A stretch of 64,000 nucleotides of DNA from an uncultured Chloroflexia bacterium (GTDB lineage: Bacteria; Chloroflexota; Limnocylindria; Limnocylindrales; CSP1-4), in the NCBI GenBank assembly GCA_963762445.1, contig CAVXLA010000010.1:151787-215786 (forward strand). The letters are read 5' to 3'. The translations under genes were made by a program, and so were the position numbers. This document shows, in pieces, positions 46,373 through 56,180 of the stretch. The notes beneath the pieces were generated by a model that saw only the letters and a program-made list of their open reading frames with translations, was not told the origin of the DNA and did not search any database. The first letter of the stretch is position 1, and each line of letters begins with the position of its first letter.

Positions 46373-47606
46373 CTTCGCCGGCCGCTTGCGGACGGCGCGC
46401 CTCCGGGCCGGCCTGACCCAGGCACGGCTGGCCGAGGGTCGCTACACGAAGGCCTACATCAGCGCGCTCGAGAACGGGCTCAGCCGGCCGTCCATCGCGG
46501 CCCTCGACTTCCTCGCCGGTCGCCTCGGCGTCTCGACGACCGAGCTGCTGGGCGACGGGGCCGGCCGCTGGTCCCGGGTGGAGGCCGACCTGCGCCTGGC
46601 CGCGGGCGACTGGCAGGCTGCCCTCGACGCGTACGACCGTCTCCTCGCGGAGGAGACGCACCCGATGCGCCGGGCGGAGATCCAGCGGGGTCGCGCCGAG
46701 GCCCTCTGCCGGCTGGATCGACCTGCCGAGGCCGTGACCGCCGGCGCCGAGGCGGCCGTCGCCTTCACCGCCGTCGGCATGCCCGCGCAGGCGGCCCTGG
46801 CCCGCTACTGGCAGGCCTCGGGCCTGTACCAGGTCGAGAACACCGAGGAGTCCCGCGCCCTCCTGCGCGGCGTGCTCGACGTGGCCCGCGGCGGCGCCGC
46901 CGTCGAGCCCGACCTCGAGGTCCGGGCGCTCATCGCCCTGGCGATGATCGACTCGCGCGATGGCCACCCCGAGCGCGCCCTGACCTACCTCGGCGAGGCG
47001 CGGGCCCAGGTCGACGCGCTCGACGACTGGCGCCGCGGGGTCTTCCTGGAGTCGCTCGCGATCAGCTACCGCGAGAGCGGCGACTACGAGGCAGCCGTGT
47101 CCACGGCGACGCAGGCCATCGCCTACTTCCGCGCGGCCGAGGACGCCCTCGAGGTCGCGATCCTCGACAACGAGCTCGCGCTGACGCACCTCGCCCTCGG
47201 GACCCTCGAGCGGGCCCGGGCGCACGCGTCCGCCGCCCACGAGCGGCTCGCGGGGCTCGGCAACTCGACCCGGCTCGCCAACATCCTCGAGACCGAGGCC
47301 CAGGTCGCGCTCGCCCTGGACGACCCGGTCGCCGCCGATCGGTTCGCCCTGGAGGCGATCGAGGCTGCCGGCACGACGGGCAACCACAAGGCCGGCATCA
47401 GCGCGGCGCTGACGCGGGGGCGCATCGCCAGGAGGCTTGGCGAGCCCGATCGCGCGGTGGCGATCCTCGAGGCCGCTATCGCTGCGGCCCGGGAGCACGG
47501 ACGCTCGGCCCAGCTGCGTGACTGCCTCGTCGAGCTCAGCGAGGTCGTGGCCGCACGGGGAGACGCGCAGCGGGCCTACGAGCTGGTCCGCGAAGCTCTT
47601 CGCTGA
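46317..47606 (+). CDS. XRE-family HTH regulator with a C-terminal TPR-like helical repeat domain
   Basis: ORF 46290..47606, ATG 46317. FAGRLRTARLRAGLTQARLAEGRYTKAYISALENGLSRPSIAALDFLAGRLGVSTTELL, then about 330 aa of Ala/Leu-rich helical repeats. Confidence 0.8.
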   Translation: MPRHSGIKVGIERSSAGGDFAGRLRTARLRAGLTQARLAEGRYTKAYISALENGLSRPSIAALDFLAGRLGVSTTELLGDGAGRWSRVEADLRLAAGDWQAALDAYDRLLAEETHPMRRAEIQRGRAEALCRLDRPAEAVTAGAEAAVAFTAVGMPAQAALARYWQASGLYQVENTEESRALLRGVLDVARGGAAVEPDLEVRALIALAMIDSRDGHPERALTYLGEARAQVDALDDWRRGVFLESLAISYRESGDYEAAVSTATQAIAYFRAAEDALEVAILDNELALTHLALGTLERARAHASAAHERLAGLGNSTRLANILETEAQVALALDDPVAADRFALEAIEAAGTTGNHKAGISAALTRGRIARRLGEPDRAVAILEAAIAAAREHGRSAQLRDCLVELSEVVAARGDAQRAYELVREALR

Positions 47607-47635
47607 CGAGGCGGCCCGCCGGCGCCGCGCCCCTG

Positions 47636-49138
47636 CTACCTCTCGCGGATCCGCCACTCCTGGGTGCCGCCCGCGCGATCGACCACCTCGACGCCGAGGT
47701 CGGCAAGGGCGGCGCGGAGGGCATCGGAGCGGGACCAGTCGCGGGCGTTGCGGGCGCCGGCGCGTTCGCGGAGCAGATCCTCGGCTCCCGCGGGGAGCGC
47801 CGCCGGGCGCCCCGCCGCGGCCATCGCGATCTCGCGCGCGAGGTCCAGCCCCAGGACGCGATCCGCCTCCAGGAGGAGCCAACGGCGCTCGGCCGCCGGC
47901 ATGGACGTGTCCCGGGCCGCCTCGCGCAGGGCCGCGACCCCGCGGGGCAGGTCCAGGTCGTCGTCCACGGCGGCGGTCCAGCGCTCGAACGCTGCCCGGG
48001 CGGCCGGACCCAGCTCAGACGGATCGGCAGCCCCGACGCCTGGCGGGACCACGCCGTCCGCCCCTGGAGCGCCCGCTTCCACGAGCCCGCCCGGCCCCGC
48101 TGCGCCTTCGGCCGCCCGCCCGATCCCCCGGGCCCGCACCCGCAGCGACTCGAGGCCGGCCTGGGCGCCGCGCAGCGAAGCCTCCGACACGTTCAGCTTC
48201 GCCCGGTAGCGCGAGGCCAGGCAGAGGAGGCGGAACGCCAGCGGCTCGACCCCCGTGCCGAGCTCGGTGATCCGGACGAAGTTGCCGGCCGACTTCGCCA
48301 TCCTGCGGCCCGCCATGAGGAGGTGCTCCCCGTGGACCCAGTGTCGCGCAGGGACGAGGCCCGAGAGCGCCCCCGACTGGGCGATCTCGTCCTCGTGGTG
48401 GGGGAAGACGTTGTCGATGCCGCCGGTGTGGATGTCGAACTGCGCGCCGAGGTACTTCGTGGCCATGGCCGAGCACTCGATGTGCCAGCCGGGGAAGCCC
48501 TCGCCCCAGCGGGCCGTCGGCCAGCGCATGAGCCGCCCCTCCCCGGCGTGCTTCCAGAGGGCGAAGTCGGCCGGGTCGCGCTTGTCGGGCTCCACCTCGC
48601 CGCGGTGCCCGGCCCGCAGCTCGTCGAGGGTGTTCCCGGACAGCTTCCCGTAGCCGGGGAATGAGGCGACGGCGAAGTAGACGTTCCCGCCGACCTCGTA
48701 GGCGAATCCCGCGTCGACGAGCCGCTCGGTCATCGCCACCATCTCGGCGATATGGTCGGTCGCCCGCGGGAAGGCGTGGGCCGGGAGGATGTTCGCCGCC
48801 CGCTCGTCCTCGTGGAACGTCGCCTCGTAGAAGCGGGCGATCTCCCCGGGCGACTTGTCCTCCAGGCGGGCCTGGACGAGCATCTTGTCCTCGCCGCGGT
48901 CGAATCGCTCGTCGCGGAGATGGCCGACGTCGGTCACGTTCTTGACCTGGAAGACGTCGATGCCCCGGGCGAGCAGGGCGCGGCGGACCAGGTCCGCGAG
49001 GAGGTAGCTCCGCAGGTTCCCGATGTGGGCGTAGCGGTAGACCGTCGGCCCGCAGGTGTACATGCGCACCCGGCCGGGTTCGAGCGGGACGACCTCGTCG
49101 ACCGTGCGGGTCAGCGTGTTGCGCAGCCGGAGGCTCAT
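47636..49138 (-). CDS. cysS: Cysteine--tRNA ligase
   Basis: ORF 47636..50008(-), start at ATG 49138 (MSLRLRNTLTR...). MYTCGPTVYRYAHIGNLR (HIGN), GWHIECSAM, HTGGIDNVFPHHEDEIAQ, RMAKSAGNF (KMSKS-like), C-terminal ...ARNARDWSRSDALRAALADLGVEVVD. Confidence 0.9.
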   Translation of the reverse strand: MSLRLRNTLTRTVDEVVPLEPGRVRMYTCGPTVYRYAHIGNLRSYLLADLVRRALLARGIDVFQVKNVTDVGHLRDERFDRGEDKMLVQARLEDKSPGEIARFYEATFHEDERAANILPAHAFPRATDHIAEMVAMTERLVDAGFAYEVGGNVYFAVASFPGYGKLSGNTLDELRAGHRGEVEPDKRDPADFALWKHAGEGRLMRWPTARWGEGFPGWHIECSAMATKYLGAQFDIHTGGIDNVFPHHEDEIAQSGALSGLVPARHWVHGEHLLMAGRRMAKSAGNFVRITELGTGVEPLAFRLLCLASRYRAKLNVSEASLRGAQAGLESLRVRARGIGRAAEGAAGPGGLVEAGAPGADGVVPPGVGAADPSELGPAARAAFERWTAAVDDDLDLPRGVAALREAARDTSMPAAERRWLLLEADRVLGLDLAREIAMAAAGRPAALPAGAEDLLRERAGARNARDWSRSDALRAALADLGVEVVDRAGGTQEWRIRER

Positions 49139-49218
49139 GGCAGCGGTCTCCGCCGCGTGCTCGCCGGGTCGCCCCGGGACCGGGACCCTGTGCGCCGCGC
49201 GGCCCGGCGGGCCATCGG

Positions 49219-49731
49219 TCAGGCCGCGAGCGGCGCGACGACCGCCAGGACCGGCGTCGCGACGAGGGCCGCCACGATCGCGGCGAACCGCCCGGCGCGT
49301 CGCCCGAACCCGTGCGGGGTGAGGAGCTCCGCGGCCAGGAGCCCGGCGAGGGCCGCCGGCGCCGCGAGGAGCCCGGCCACCACGCCGAACGGCACCGCGA
49401 ACCCGACGTTGGCCAGCAGGAGCCGCTCGCCCATCATCGCCGTCACGGCCGTCAGCAGGTCGGCCCCGACGAGCCAGCCGACGATCGCGCCCAGGATGGC
49501 GTCGCCCCGCGTCGCTGCCATGGCGACCGGGTAGGCGACCGCGAGGACGCCGATCGAGAGGACGGGGAGGGCCATGACGAGGCCCGCGCCCAAGCCGGCG
49601 GGGAGGACCATCGGCCACGGCACACGGTGCTCCCAGGCCAGCGCGATGACCGTGACGAGCGACAGGAGGGCGGCGAAGACGCCGGCCTCCAGCCCCCGGC
49701 GAAGCCACGCGGGAAGGCGCAGGCGGCCCAT
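49219..49731 (-). CDS. Hypothetical integral membrane protein (170 aa, ~5 TM)
   Basis: ORF 49219..49941(-), start at ATG 49731 (MGRLRLPAWLRRGLEAGVFAALLSLVTVIALAW...). Uniformly hydrophobic. Lies upstream of cysS on the same strand. Confidence 0.6.
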   Translation of the reverse strand: MGRLRLPAWLRRGLEAGVFAALLSLVTVIALAWEHRVPWPMVLPAGLGAGLVMALPVLSIGVLAVAYPVAMAATRGDAILGAIVGWLVGADLLTAVTAMMGERLLLANVGFAVPFGVVAGLLAAPAALAGLLAAELLTPHGFGRRAGRFAAIVAALVATPVLAVVAPLAA

Positions 49732-50170
49732 GCGCCGATGGTACGCCGGGGGCGGGCGCGGGGGCGGCGGGACACCCCGCACGAGCCCGGGTGTCCGCGG
49801 CGGCGCGGGGCTCCCGCGGCACAGCGACGTGCGTGGGAGGGGCGTAACGGACGAGCGGTCCGCGGCGCGTGGCCCGAACTGCGCGTGATGTGCAACCCGA
49901 AGCACGCGATCGACGAGCGCGCTGCCCGGCCTGCTGATCATGTGCGCGGGGGAGCACAGAACCAGCGTGTGCGGCGCGGTCGGCGTCCGTTACGCCCCTG
50001 GGGGGCACCGCGCCGCGGCGACGGGGTGAGCGAGGGCACCAACCGCCGCGGCGCCGCTACCCCCCCCGGGGGGGCACCGCGCCGCGTCGCGAATCCGCCG
50101 CAGCCCGACTCGCCGCGGCGCCGACCCGCTCCTGGCCGCCCGCTCGGGGACCGCGCGCGAGTGGCCGCCC

Positions 50171-51442
50171 CTACCCCGTGTAGCGCCGGAAGATCGCCAC
50201 CGCGTTCTGGCCGCCGAAGCCGAACCCGTTGACCATCACCGTGTCCACCTTCGCCTTGCGGGCCACGAGCGGCACGTAGTCGAGGTCGCACTCCGGCAGG
50301 TCCGGGTTCTCGTGGTTGATCGTGGGCGAGATCACCTGGTCGCGGATCCCGCCGAGCGCCGCCAGCGCCGAGGCGATGCCGGCGGCCCCCACGAGATGGC
50401 CGATCATCGACTTGGGGGAGCTGATCGCGACCTTCGCTGCCGCCGGGCCGAAGGAGGCCTTGATCGCCCGTGTCTCGGTCACGTCGTTGAGCGGCGTGGC
50501 GGTCCCGTGGGCGACGATCCAGTCGATCTCGTCGGCCGTCACGCCGGACCGCTCGCGGGCCATCGACATCGCCCGGGTGGCGCCGCGCCCGGTCGGCTCC
50601 GGCGCCGAGATGTGGAAGGCGTCGGCCGTCAGGGCCCCGCCGAGCACCTCCGCCAGCGGCTTCGCCCCGCGCGCCAGGGCATGGGCCAGCGACTCCACGA
50701 TCACCACGCCGGCGCCCTCGCCCAGGACGAAGCCGTCGCGGTCGCGGTCGAACGGGCGCGAGGCACGGGTCGGCTCGTCGTTCCGCTTCGAGAGAGCGCC
50801 CATGTTCCCCAGCGCGGCCACCCCGACCTCCAGGATCGGCGCTTCGGTGCCGCCGGCCAGGACGACATCGCACTCGCCTGCGGCGATCAGGCGGAGGGCG
50901 TCGTGGAAGGCGATGACCGACGTCGCGCAGGCCGCCACCTGGGTCATGACCGGTCCGGTGATCCCGTGCTCCATGCTGACCATGCAGGCCGCCATCGAGG
51001 GCGAGAGGCCCGGGATCGCGAAGGGGCTGACGAAGCGGGGACCGCGCGAGCCGCGGACCAGCGTCCCCTCCACGACCTGCTCGATCCCGCCGCCGCCCGT
51101 GTTGATGACGACGCCCATGCGATCCCGCTCGTCGGGGCCGAGCGCGGCCGGATCGATGCCGGCCGAGTCCAGCGCCTCCTTCGCGGCGGCCATGGCCAGG
51201 TGGGTGAAGCGGCTCATCCGGCGCGCCATCTTGGGGTCCATGTGGTCGGCGGCCCGGAAGTCCTTGACCTCGGCCGCGATCTTGACCTCGAAGTCGGTCG
51301 GGTCGAAGTGGGTGATCGTGGCGACCCCCGAGACGCCGGCCCGCAGGTTCCGCCAGTACGTCTCGAAGTCGTTGCCGATCGGCATGACCGCGCCGAGGCC
51401 GGTCACGACGGCGCGGCGAGCGGGATCCTGGCTTGGCGGCAC
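50171..51442 (-). CDS. fabF: Beta-ketoacyl-ACP synthase II
   Basis: ORF 50171..51442(-) (GTG start, GAGGAGAA upstream). RRAVVTGLGAVMPIGN..., active-site context VAACATS, ...AHGTATPLND..., ...NGFGFGGQNA. Confidence 0.9.
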   Translation of the reverse strand: MPPSQDPARRAVVTGLGAVMPIGNDFETYWRNLRAGVSGVATITHFDPTDFEVKIAAEVKDFRAADHMDPKMARRMSRFTHLAMAAAKEALDSAGIDPAALGPDERDRMGVVINTGGGGIEQVVEGTLVRGSRGPRFVSPFAIPGLSPSMAACMVSMEHGITGPVMTQVAACATSVIAFHDALRLIAAGECDVVLAGGTEAPILEVGVAALGNMGALSKRNDEPTRASRPFDRDRDGFVLGEGAGVVIVESLAHALARGAKPLAEVLGGALTADAFHISAPEPTGRGATRAMSMARERSGVTADEIDWIVAHGTATPLNDVTETRAIKASFGPAAAKVAISSPKSMIGHLVGAAGIASALAALGGIRDQVISPTINHENPDLPECDLDYVPLVARKAKVDTVMVNGFGFGGQNAVAIFRRYTG

Positions 51443-51573
51443 GGGCTTCTCCTCGCAACGACAGTCGCGCCGATTGTAGCCAGGTCGGCATGATGACCGA
51501 GATGGACTGGACGAGCCGAGAGGGCCGGGCCGACGTCAGGCCGCGGGGAGGGACCCGGAGGCGCGATCGGGCT

Positions 51574-52734
51574 TCATGTCACCGTCGGCGCCGCTCCGTC
51601 GTCGAGCCGCCCTGCGGGGCGAAGGTATGCGCGAACGACGCGCTCGTAGAGGTCGACCGCCACCTCGAGCTCCCGGATGTCGACCGACTCGCTGCCGGAA
51701 TGAGCGGTGTCGAGGGAGCCCGGACCCAGGATCGCCGTGGGGATCCCGACGGCGATGAGGTGCGGCGCGTCCGAGACGGCGCGGAAGATCGGCCCCGGCG
51801 AGGCCTGGTCAAGCGTCGACAGGAGCAGGGTTGCGAACGCGCTGCCGGCTTCAAGCTCGAATGGATCGACCCAGAGCCCAGCGGGCGACAGCTCGTACGA
51901 GACGCCGGGGGCTTCCAGCATCACGCGTGCCAGGCACGCCTCGATGCCGTGGATCGCGGCGTCGGACGTTTCGTCCGGGCCGAGCCGGCGGTCGACCTGG
52001 ACCCGGCACGCGTCGGGGACGACGTTCAGCCTGGACCCGCCGTCCACGATCGTCGCCGAGCAGCTTCCCATCGATCCTCGCGCGTTCAGCTCCGCGTCGA
52101 GCGACTCCATGGCGAGGATGAACCGGGCAGCCCCGTAGATGGCATTGACGCCCTGCGAGGGTGAGCTCGCATGCGCCGCCCGACCCTGGAAGCGAACGCC
52201 CAGCCGGACCGACCCGCGCGAGCTCAGGACGGCGACGTTGTCGGTGGGCTCTCCGATGATGGCGGCATCGGCACGGAGGCCCCGGGAGACGAGTGCCCGG
52301 ACGCCTTCAGCATTCGACTCCTCGTCGGCCACGCATGCGAGGAGCAGTGTTCCCCCGATGTCCGCCCGGCGTGCCGCGAGCCGTTCGCACGCCCCGATCA
52401 TGGCGGCAATCGCCCCCTTCGCGTCGCAGGCACCGCGTCCGATCAGGCGACCGTCGCGGATGACCGGATCCCATTGCCCCTCGTGTTGTACGGGAACAAC
52501 GTCCGAGTGGCTGCAGAGCAGGAACGTCGGGCCTGGCCCGAAATCGAACGTCGCCACGACATTGGCGCGGTCCTCGGTCAAGGCCTCCACGGACACGCGG
52601 CTTGCGATGTGTTCGAGGCGTGCTGCCAGCCACTCCGCGACAGGTCTCTCGAGGCCCGGAGGATTGGCGCTGCGGATACGGATCAGGGCCGCTGCGTCTC
52701 CCAGAAGGCGGCTTCGCTCCGCAGTGCTGGACAC
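51574..52734 (-). CDS. M20 family metallopeptidase (ArgE/DapE/acetylornithine deacetylase-like)
   Basis: ORF 51574..52761(-). Start moved to GTG 52734 because GGGAAGGAG lies 4 nt upstream. ...LCSHSDVVP...GRGACDAKG...VADEESNAEG...IIGEPT.... Confidence 0.8.
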   Translation of the reverse strand: MSSTAERSRLLGDAAALIRIRSANPPGLERPVAEWLAARLEHIASRVSVEALTEDRANVVATFDFGPGPTFLLCSHSDVVPVQHEGQWDPVIRDGRLIGRGACDAKGAIAAMIGACERLAARRADIGGTLLLACVADEESNAEGVRALVSRGLRADAAIIGEPTDNVAVLSSRGSVRLGVRFQGRAAHASSPSQGVNAIYGAARFILAMESLDAELNARGSMGSCSATIVDGGSRLNVVPDACRVQVDRRLGPDETSDAAIHGIEACLARVMLEAPGVSYELSPAGLWVDPFELEAGSAFATLLLSTLDQASPGPIFRAVSDAPHLIAVGIPTAILGPGSLDTAHSGSESVDIRELEVAVDLYERVVRAYLRPAGRLDDGAAPTVT

Positions 52735-52774
52735 CGGACTCCTTCCCGTGATGAAGGCCAACGCGCCGCAAGAC

Positions 52775-53359
52775 TCAGAGGGAGGGCGGTGTCATCGCCG
52801 TGATCAGCACCGCACCGTGCTCGAAGGTTCGGTACCAGTGGGGGGTGCTGGACGTGAATCGAATGGAATCGCCCTCGCTCAGGAGGAATGTCCGCTGCTC
52901 GGCGTGGGTTTCGATCTCACCCTTGAGCACGAGCATGCACTCCTCGCCGAGATGACGGAACGGGTCGCGCTCATTGGTGAACCCGGGCGGCATCTCGATA
53001 TGGAGCATGGACAGGGCCCCTTGCAGATCGGGGACAAGCAGCTGGTAGGTGAGGTTCCGCTCGGCCAGGATGAGCCGCTTGCGGGTATGCGGGTGGACCA
53101 CGATGTCGGCCTCGTCGGTCGAACCCGCGAAGAACGCACCGATCGGGATGTCGAGAGCCTGGGCCAGGCGGGTCAGCGTGCTCAGCGAGGGATTGCCGAT
53201 GCCCCGCTCGAGCTGGCTGAGGAGCCCGGTCGAGATCGACGACCGTCGAGCGAGCTCCTCGATCGTCAGGCCGTGCGTGGCCCTCTGAAGGGCAATCGTC
53301 GCCCCGACAAGCCCACTCAGCGGGGACGTTGCCTCAGCGGTCCTGATCTGACGGCTCAC
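52775..53359 (-). CDS. XRE-family HTH regulator with a C-terminal cupin domain
   Basis: ORF 52775..53359(-). LTIEELARRSSISTGLLSQLERGIGNPSLSTLTRLAQALDIP, then a cupin-like ...HLGEECMLVLKGEIETH...LSEGDSIRF..STPHWY. Confidence 0.85.
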   Translation of the reverse strand: MSRQIRTAEATSPLSGLVGATIALQRATHGLTIEELARRSSISTGLLSQLERGIGNPSLSTLTRLAQALDIPIGAFFAGSTDEADIVVHPHTRKRLILAERNLTYQLLVPDLQGALSMLHIEMPPGFTNERDPFRHLGEECMLVLKGEIETHAEQRTFLLSEGDSIRFTSSTPHWYRTFEHGAVLITAMTPPSL

Positions 53360-53465
53360 CCGGTCACTCCCACATCATGAATCATCCGACGAACGCAGCT
53401 CCTCGGGCCCGAGGCATCTGACCGTCAGCATACTGAGGTTCCTTCACTGACGCATCTTCAACATA

Positions 53466-53495
53466 TTGACATCCTCGGTTTCCCGTGTCTAGACT
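53466..53495 (+). promoter_or_regulatory. Candidate sigma-70/SigA-type promoter for the liv-type ABC operon
   Basis: TTGACA (53466-53471), an 18-nt spacer, then TAGACT (53490-53495). It lies ~80 nt upstream of ATG 53574 in a visibly AT-richer divergent intergenic region. Confidence 0.35.
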
Positions 53496-53573
53496 CGCCG
53501 AACGGCTCGATGTGGCGCCATCGCCGCAGATGTCTCCCGGTCGACTGACCGGTTATGGAGGGTCGGCACGAGA

Positions 53574-54953
53574 ATGCGCTCGAGACAGAACCCAGGATCC
53601 AGGGCCTCGGATCGTCCAGGAGTGCTTCGGCGCGCGGTGGCCATCGGGGCGGTGACCGCTCTGTTCGTTGCCGCCTGCGGCGGAGGAGCGACGGCATCGC
53701 CCTCGTCCACCGCGTCGACGCCAGCCCCGGCCACTCCGGCGGCGACAGCGACGCCTGCCGGCGAGATCGTCATCGGAGGCGTCGGTCCGCTCTCGCAGCC
53801 GGGTGACGTGGCGATCGGCACCGAGATGAAGTGGGCCATGGAACAGGCCGTCGCCGATCTCAATGCCAAGGGCGGTGTCCTTGGCCGTGAGCTCCGGCTG
53901 GACTTCTCCGACACCCAGAATCAGCCCGACGTGTGTGCGTCCGTTTCACAGAAGCTCGTCGATGAGAACGTGGCCGCCGTCGTCGGCGAAGCCCACTCCG
54001 GCTGCGGGCTGGCCCAGATCCCTGCCTACAGCAAGGCCGGGATGCCTGTCGTCTTCTCGGAAACGTACAACGACAAGATCACCGGAGGCGATCCCGCGGA
54101 TCCGAACCTGCCGGCGAACCCGGCGACGATCTTCCGCATCGCCCCGACATCGACCTACTACTCGAACTTCATCGGGGATTGGCTGATCAACGGCCTGAAG
54201 GCCACGAAGCTCGTCCACATCGTCGACAACAGCGACTACGGCAACGGCGAGAAGGCGGCGATGCAGGCCGCCCTTGCATCGAGCAGCATCAAGCTCGTCC
54301 AGGTCGCGGTTGACGCCGCGCAACCCGACTACAGCGCGATCGTGTCGAGGCTCAAGACCGAGAACCCCGACGCCGACGCGGTCTTCTTCGACACAGCGGG
54401 AATCGCGGACGGCTGGGCGCTCGAGCAGAACGGGATCGATGCCGGGCTGGTTGACACCGCAGCCTGCATCGGCGGCCCGGCCGCCACCGACTTCGCCGGC
54501 TACTGGCGAGCGGTCCCGGGCGGCGCGGGTTGTGCCTTCCAGCAGGTCGGCCTCACGAGCTCGCAGTTCAACGAGCTGGCCAAGTCGCTCGACGACCGGG
54601 CGAACCTGGCCCTGGGTCATGGCGCCCGAAACTACGCGTTCGAGGCGTACGACTCCGTCCTGCTTGTCGCCGATGCCATCCAGCGCGCTGGCTCGACCGA
54701 CCACCAGGCCATCGTGAAGGCGCTCGAGACGACGTCCATGGTTGGCGCCCAGGGGAAGTACGAGTTCCCGTACAACTCGACAAACCCGGTGCCGGCCGAC
54801 AAGCCGGCGTGGCTGTGGCACCAGTGGCCCGAGCCGCCCATCCAGCTGCTCGAATACACGAAGAAGGAACAGACGCTCGCGGAAGCCATCACGATCTGGC
54901 CCGCGAGCCGGCAGACGGTGGCCGGGCAGGCCTGGGTCCAGGTTCCGCGATAG
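53574..54953 (+). CDS. ABC transporter substrate-binding lipoprotein, branched-chain amino acid (LivJ/Peripla_BP_6)-like
   Basis: ORF 53574..54953. Lipobox LFVAACGGG, ...IGGVGPLSQPG...GVLGRELRL...VVGEAHSG...IFRIAP.... Confidence 0.8.
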   Translation: MRSRQNPGSRASDRPGVLRRAVAIGAVTALFVAACGGGATASPSSTASTPAPATPAATATPAGEIVIGGVGPLSQPGDVAIGTEMKWAMEQAVADLNAKGGVLGRELRLDFSDTQNQPDVCASVSQKLVDENVAAVVGEAHSGCGLAQIPAYSKAGMPVVFSETYNDKITGGDPADPNLPANPATIFRIAPTSTYYSNFIGDWLINGLKATKLVHIVDNSDYGNGEKAAMQAALASSSIKLVQVAVDAAQPDYSAIVSRLKTENPDADAVFFDTAGIADGWALEQNGIDAGLVDTAACIGGPAATDFAGYWRAVPGGAGCAFQQVGLTSSQFNELAKSLDDRANLALGHGARNYAFEAYDSVLLVADAIQRAGSTDHQAIVKALETTSMVGAQGKYEFPYNSTNPVPADKPAWLWHQWPEPPIQLLEYTKKEQTLAEAITIWPASRQTVAGQAWVQVPR

Positions 54954-54974
54954 CGGCCTGTCGCAGGGTCGCTG

Positions 54975-56180
54975 ATGGAGCTCCTCCTGTGGATGGCGCT
55001 CGCCGGACCGCTCTGGTCGACGGCGGGCGCCATCGTCATTCCGCGGCGATACCGGACGCGTCGCGAAGATCCGCGGCTGGCCGGCGTGGCGGGCGGCATC
55101 CTGGGAGCTGCGCTGGGTCCATTGGGGCTTGCCTGGCTCTACCTGTCGACGCCGCCCCTCCGGCGCGGCCTCCACGTCGCCGTCCCGGGAGTCCTGCTGC
55201 TCGCTGAGCTGCTCTTCCTGTTCGCGCGAACGAATCCGTCGAACACGTGCGTGACCGACGGGCTCTACCTCGCGAACCAGGTCCAGAACGGCCTGACAGT
55301 CGGTCTCGTCTACGCCACGATGGCCGCCGGGCTCACCCTCATCTACTCGGTCCAGCGGATCATCAGCTTCAGCCACGGCCAGTTCGTCATGTTCGGCGGG
55401 GTGACCGCCTTCCTCATCCTCCAGCAGCTCGACGTCAGTCCGCTTGCCATCATCCCCATCGTTGCGATCGTCACGCTCCTGCTCGGGATGCTCGTCGCGG
55501 CGACCCTGCTCCGACCGATCCAGACCGGCCGTGCCGAGCGGCCCGACGAGTTCGCGATCCTGATGACGTTCGGCCTCGGCGTGTTCATGACGTACGCCCT
55601 GGTCGGGGTCCTGGGCTCGCCGGTCGGGGTGCGCGCGCCGAGATACACGGACCGTCCCCTCTTCGGGCTCGATGCCTCGGTCATCGAGATCGGCGCCATT
55701 CGCCTGCGGATGGACCTTCTCATCGCGGGCGGAGTCGGCCTGCTCGTCTTCCTCGGCCTTGTCTGGCTGCTCTACCGGACGTGGCTCGGGCGAAGCTTCC
55801 GGGCAGTCTCGATGGATCGCCAGGCCGCCGCGGTGGTGGGGATCGATTCCGGACGGGTCTTCGTCCTTGCCTTCGGCCTCGGCTGCATGCTCGCGGGCAT
55901 CGCCGGGGCAGCGCTCGTGCCCGCGTTCAACTTCCAGGTGCCGGACATGGCGGCCCAGACCGCGATCCGCTCGTACGTGATCGTCGTCCTCGGTGGGCTG
56001 GGATCGGTCCCCGGAGCGCTCGTCGGGGCGCTCTTCCTGGGCGTGACGGAAGCCCTGACGGCGGCCTGCTACCCGGACCCGACCAAGGGGGCCACCTACC
56101 AGGTCGCCGCCGGGCTCCTCGTCTTCCTGGCCGTCCTGCTCCTGCGCCCGCAGGGCTTCTTCGGCAGGAAGGAGCAGTGA
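54975..56180 (+). CDS. livH: Branched-chain amino acid ABC transporter permease (LivH-like) with a ~90-aa N-terminal hydrophobic extension
   Basis: ORF 54975..56180. ...QVQNGLTVGLVYATMAAGLTLIYSVQRIISFSHGQFVMFG...RAVSMDRQAAAVVGID...VVLGGLGSVPGALVGA. The canonical LivH start would be near GTG 55251; the extension contains TM-like segments. Confidence 0.8.
   Translation: MELLLWMALAGPLWSTAGAIVIPRRYRTRREDPRLAGVAGGILGAALGPLGLAWLYLSTPPLRRGLHVAVPGVLLLAELLFLFARTNPSNTCVTDGLYLANQVQNGLTVGLVYATMAAGLTLIYSVQRIISFSHGQFVMFGGVTAFLILQQLDVSPLAIIPIVAIVTLLLGMLVAATLLRPIQTGRAERPDEFAILMTFGLGVFMTYALVGVLGSPVGVRAPRYTDRPLFGLDASVIEIGAIRLRMDLLIAGGVGLLVFLGLVWLLYRTWLGRSFRAVSMDRQAAAVVGIDSGRVFVLAFGLGCMLAGIAGAALVPAFNFQVPDMAAQTAIRSYVIVVLGGLGSVPGALVGALFLGVTEALTAACYPDPTKGATYQVAAGLLVFLAVLLLRPQGFFGRKEQ

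Noticed and set aside
49732-50170. Possible small RNA or tRNA in the 440-nt spacer downstream of fabF
   Set aside because: I could draw no cloverleaf or conserved T-loop, only GC-rich repeats and a homopolymer palindrome. These are reported separately as a low-interest finding.
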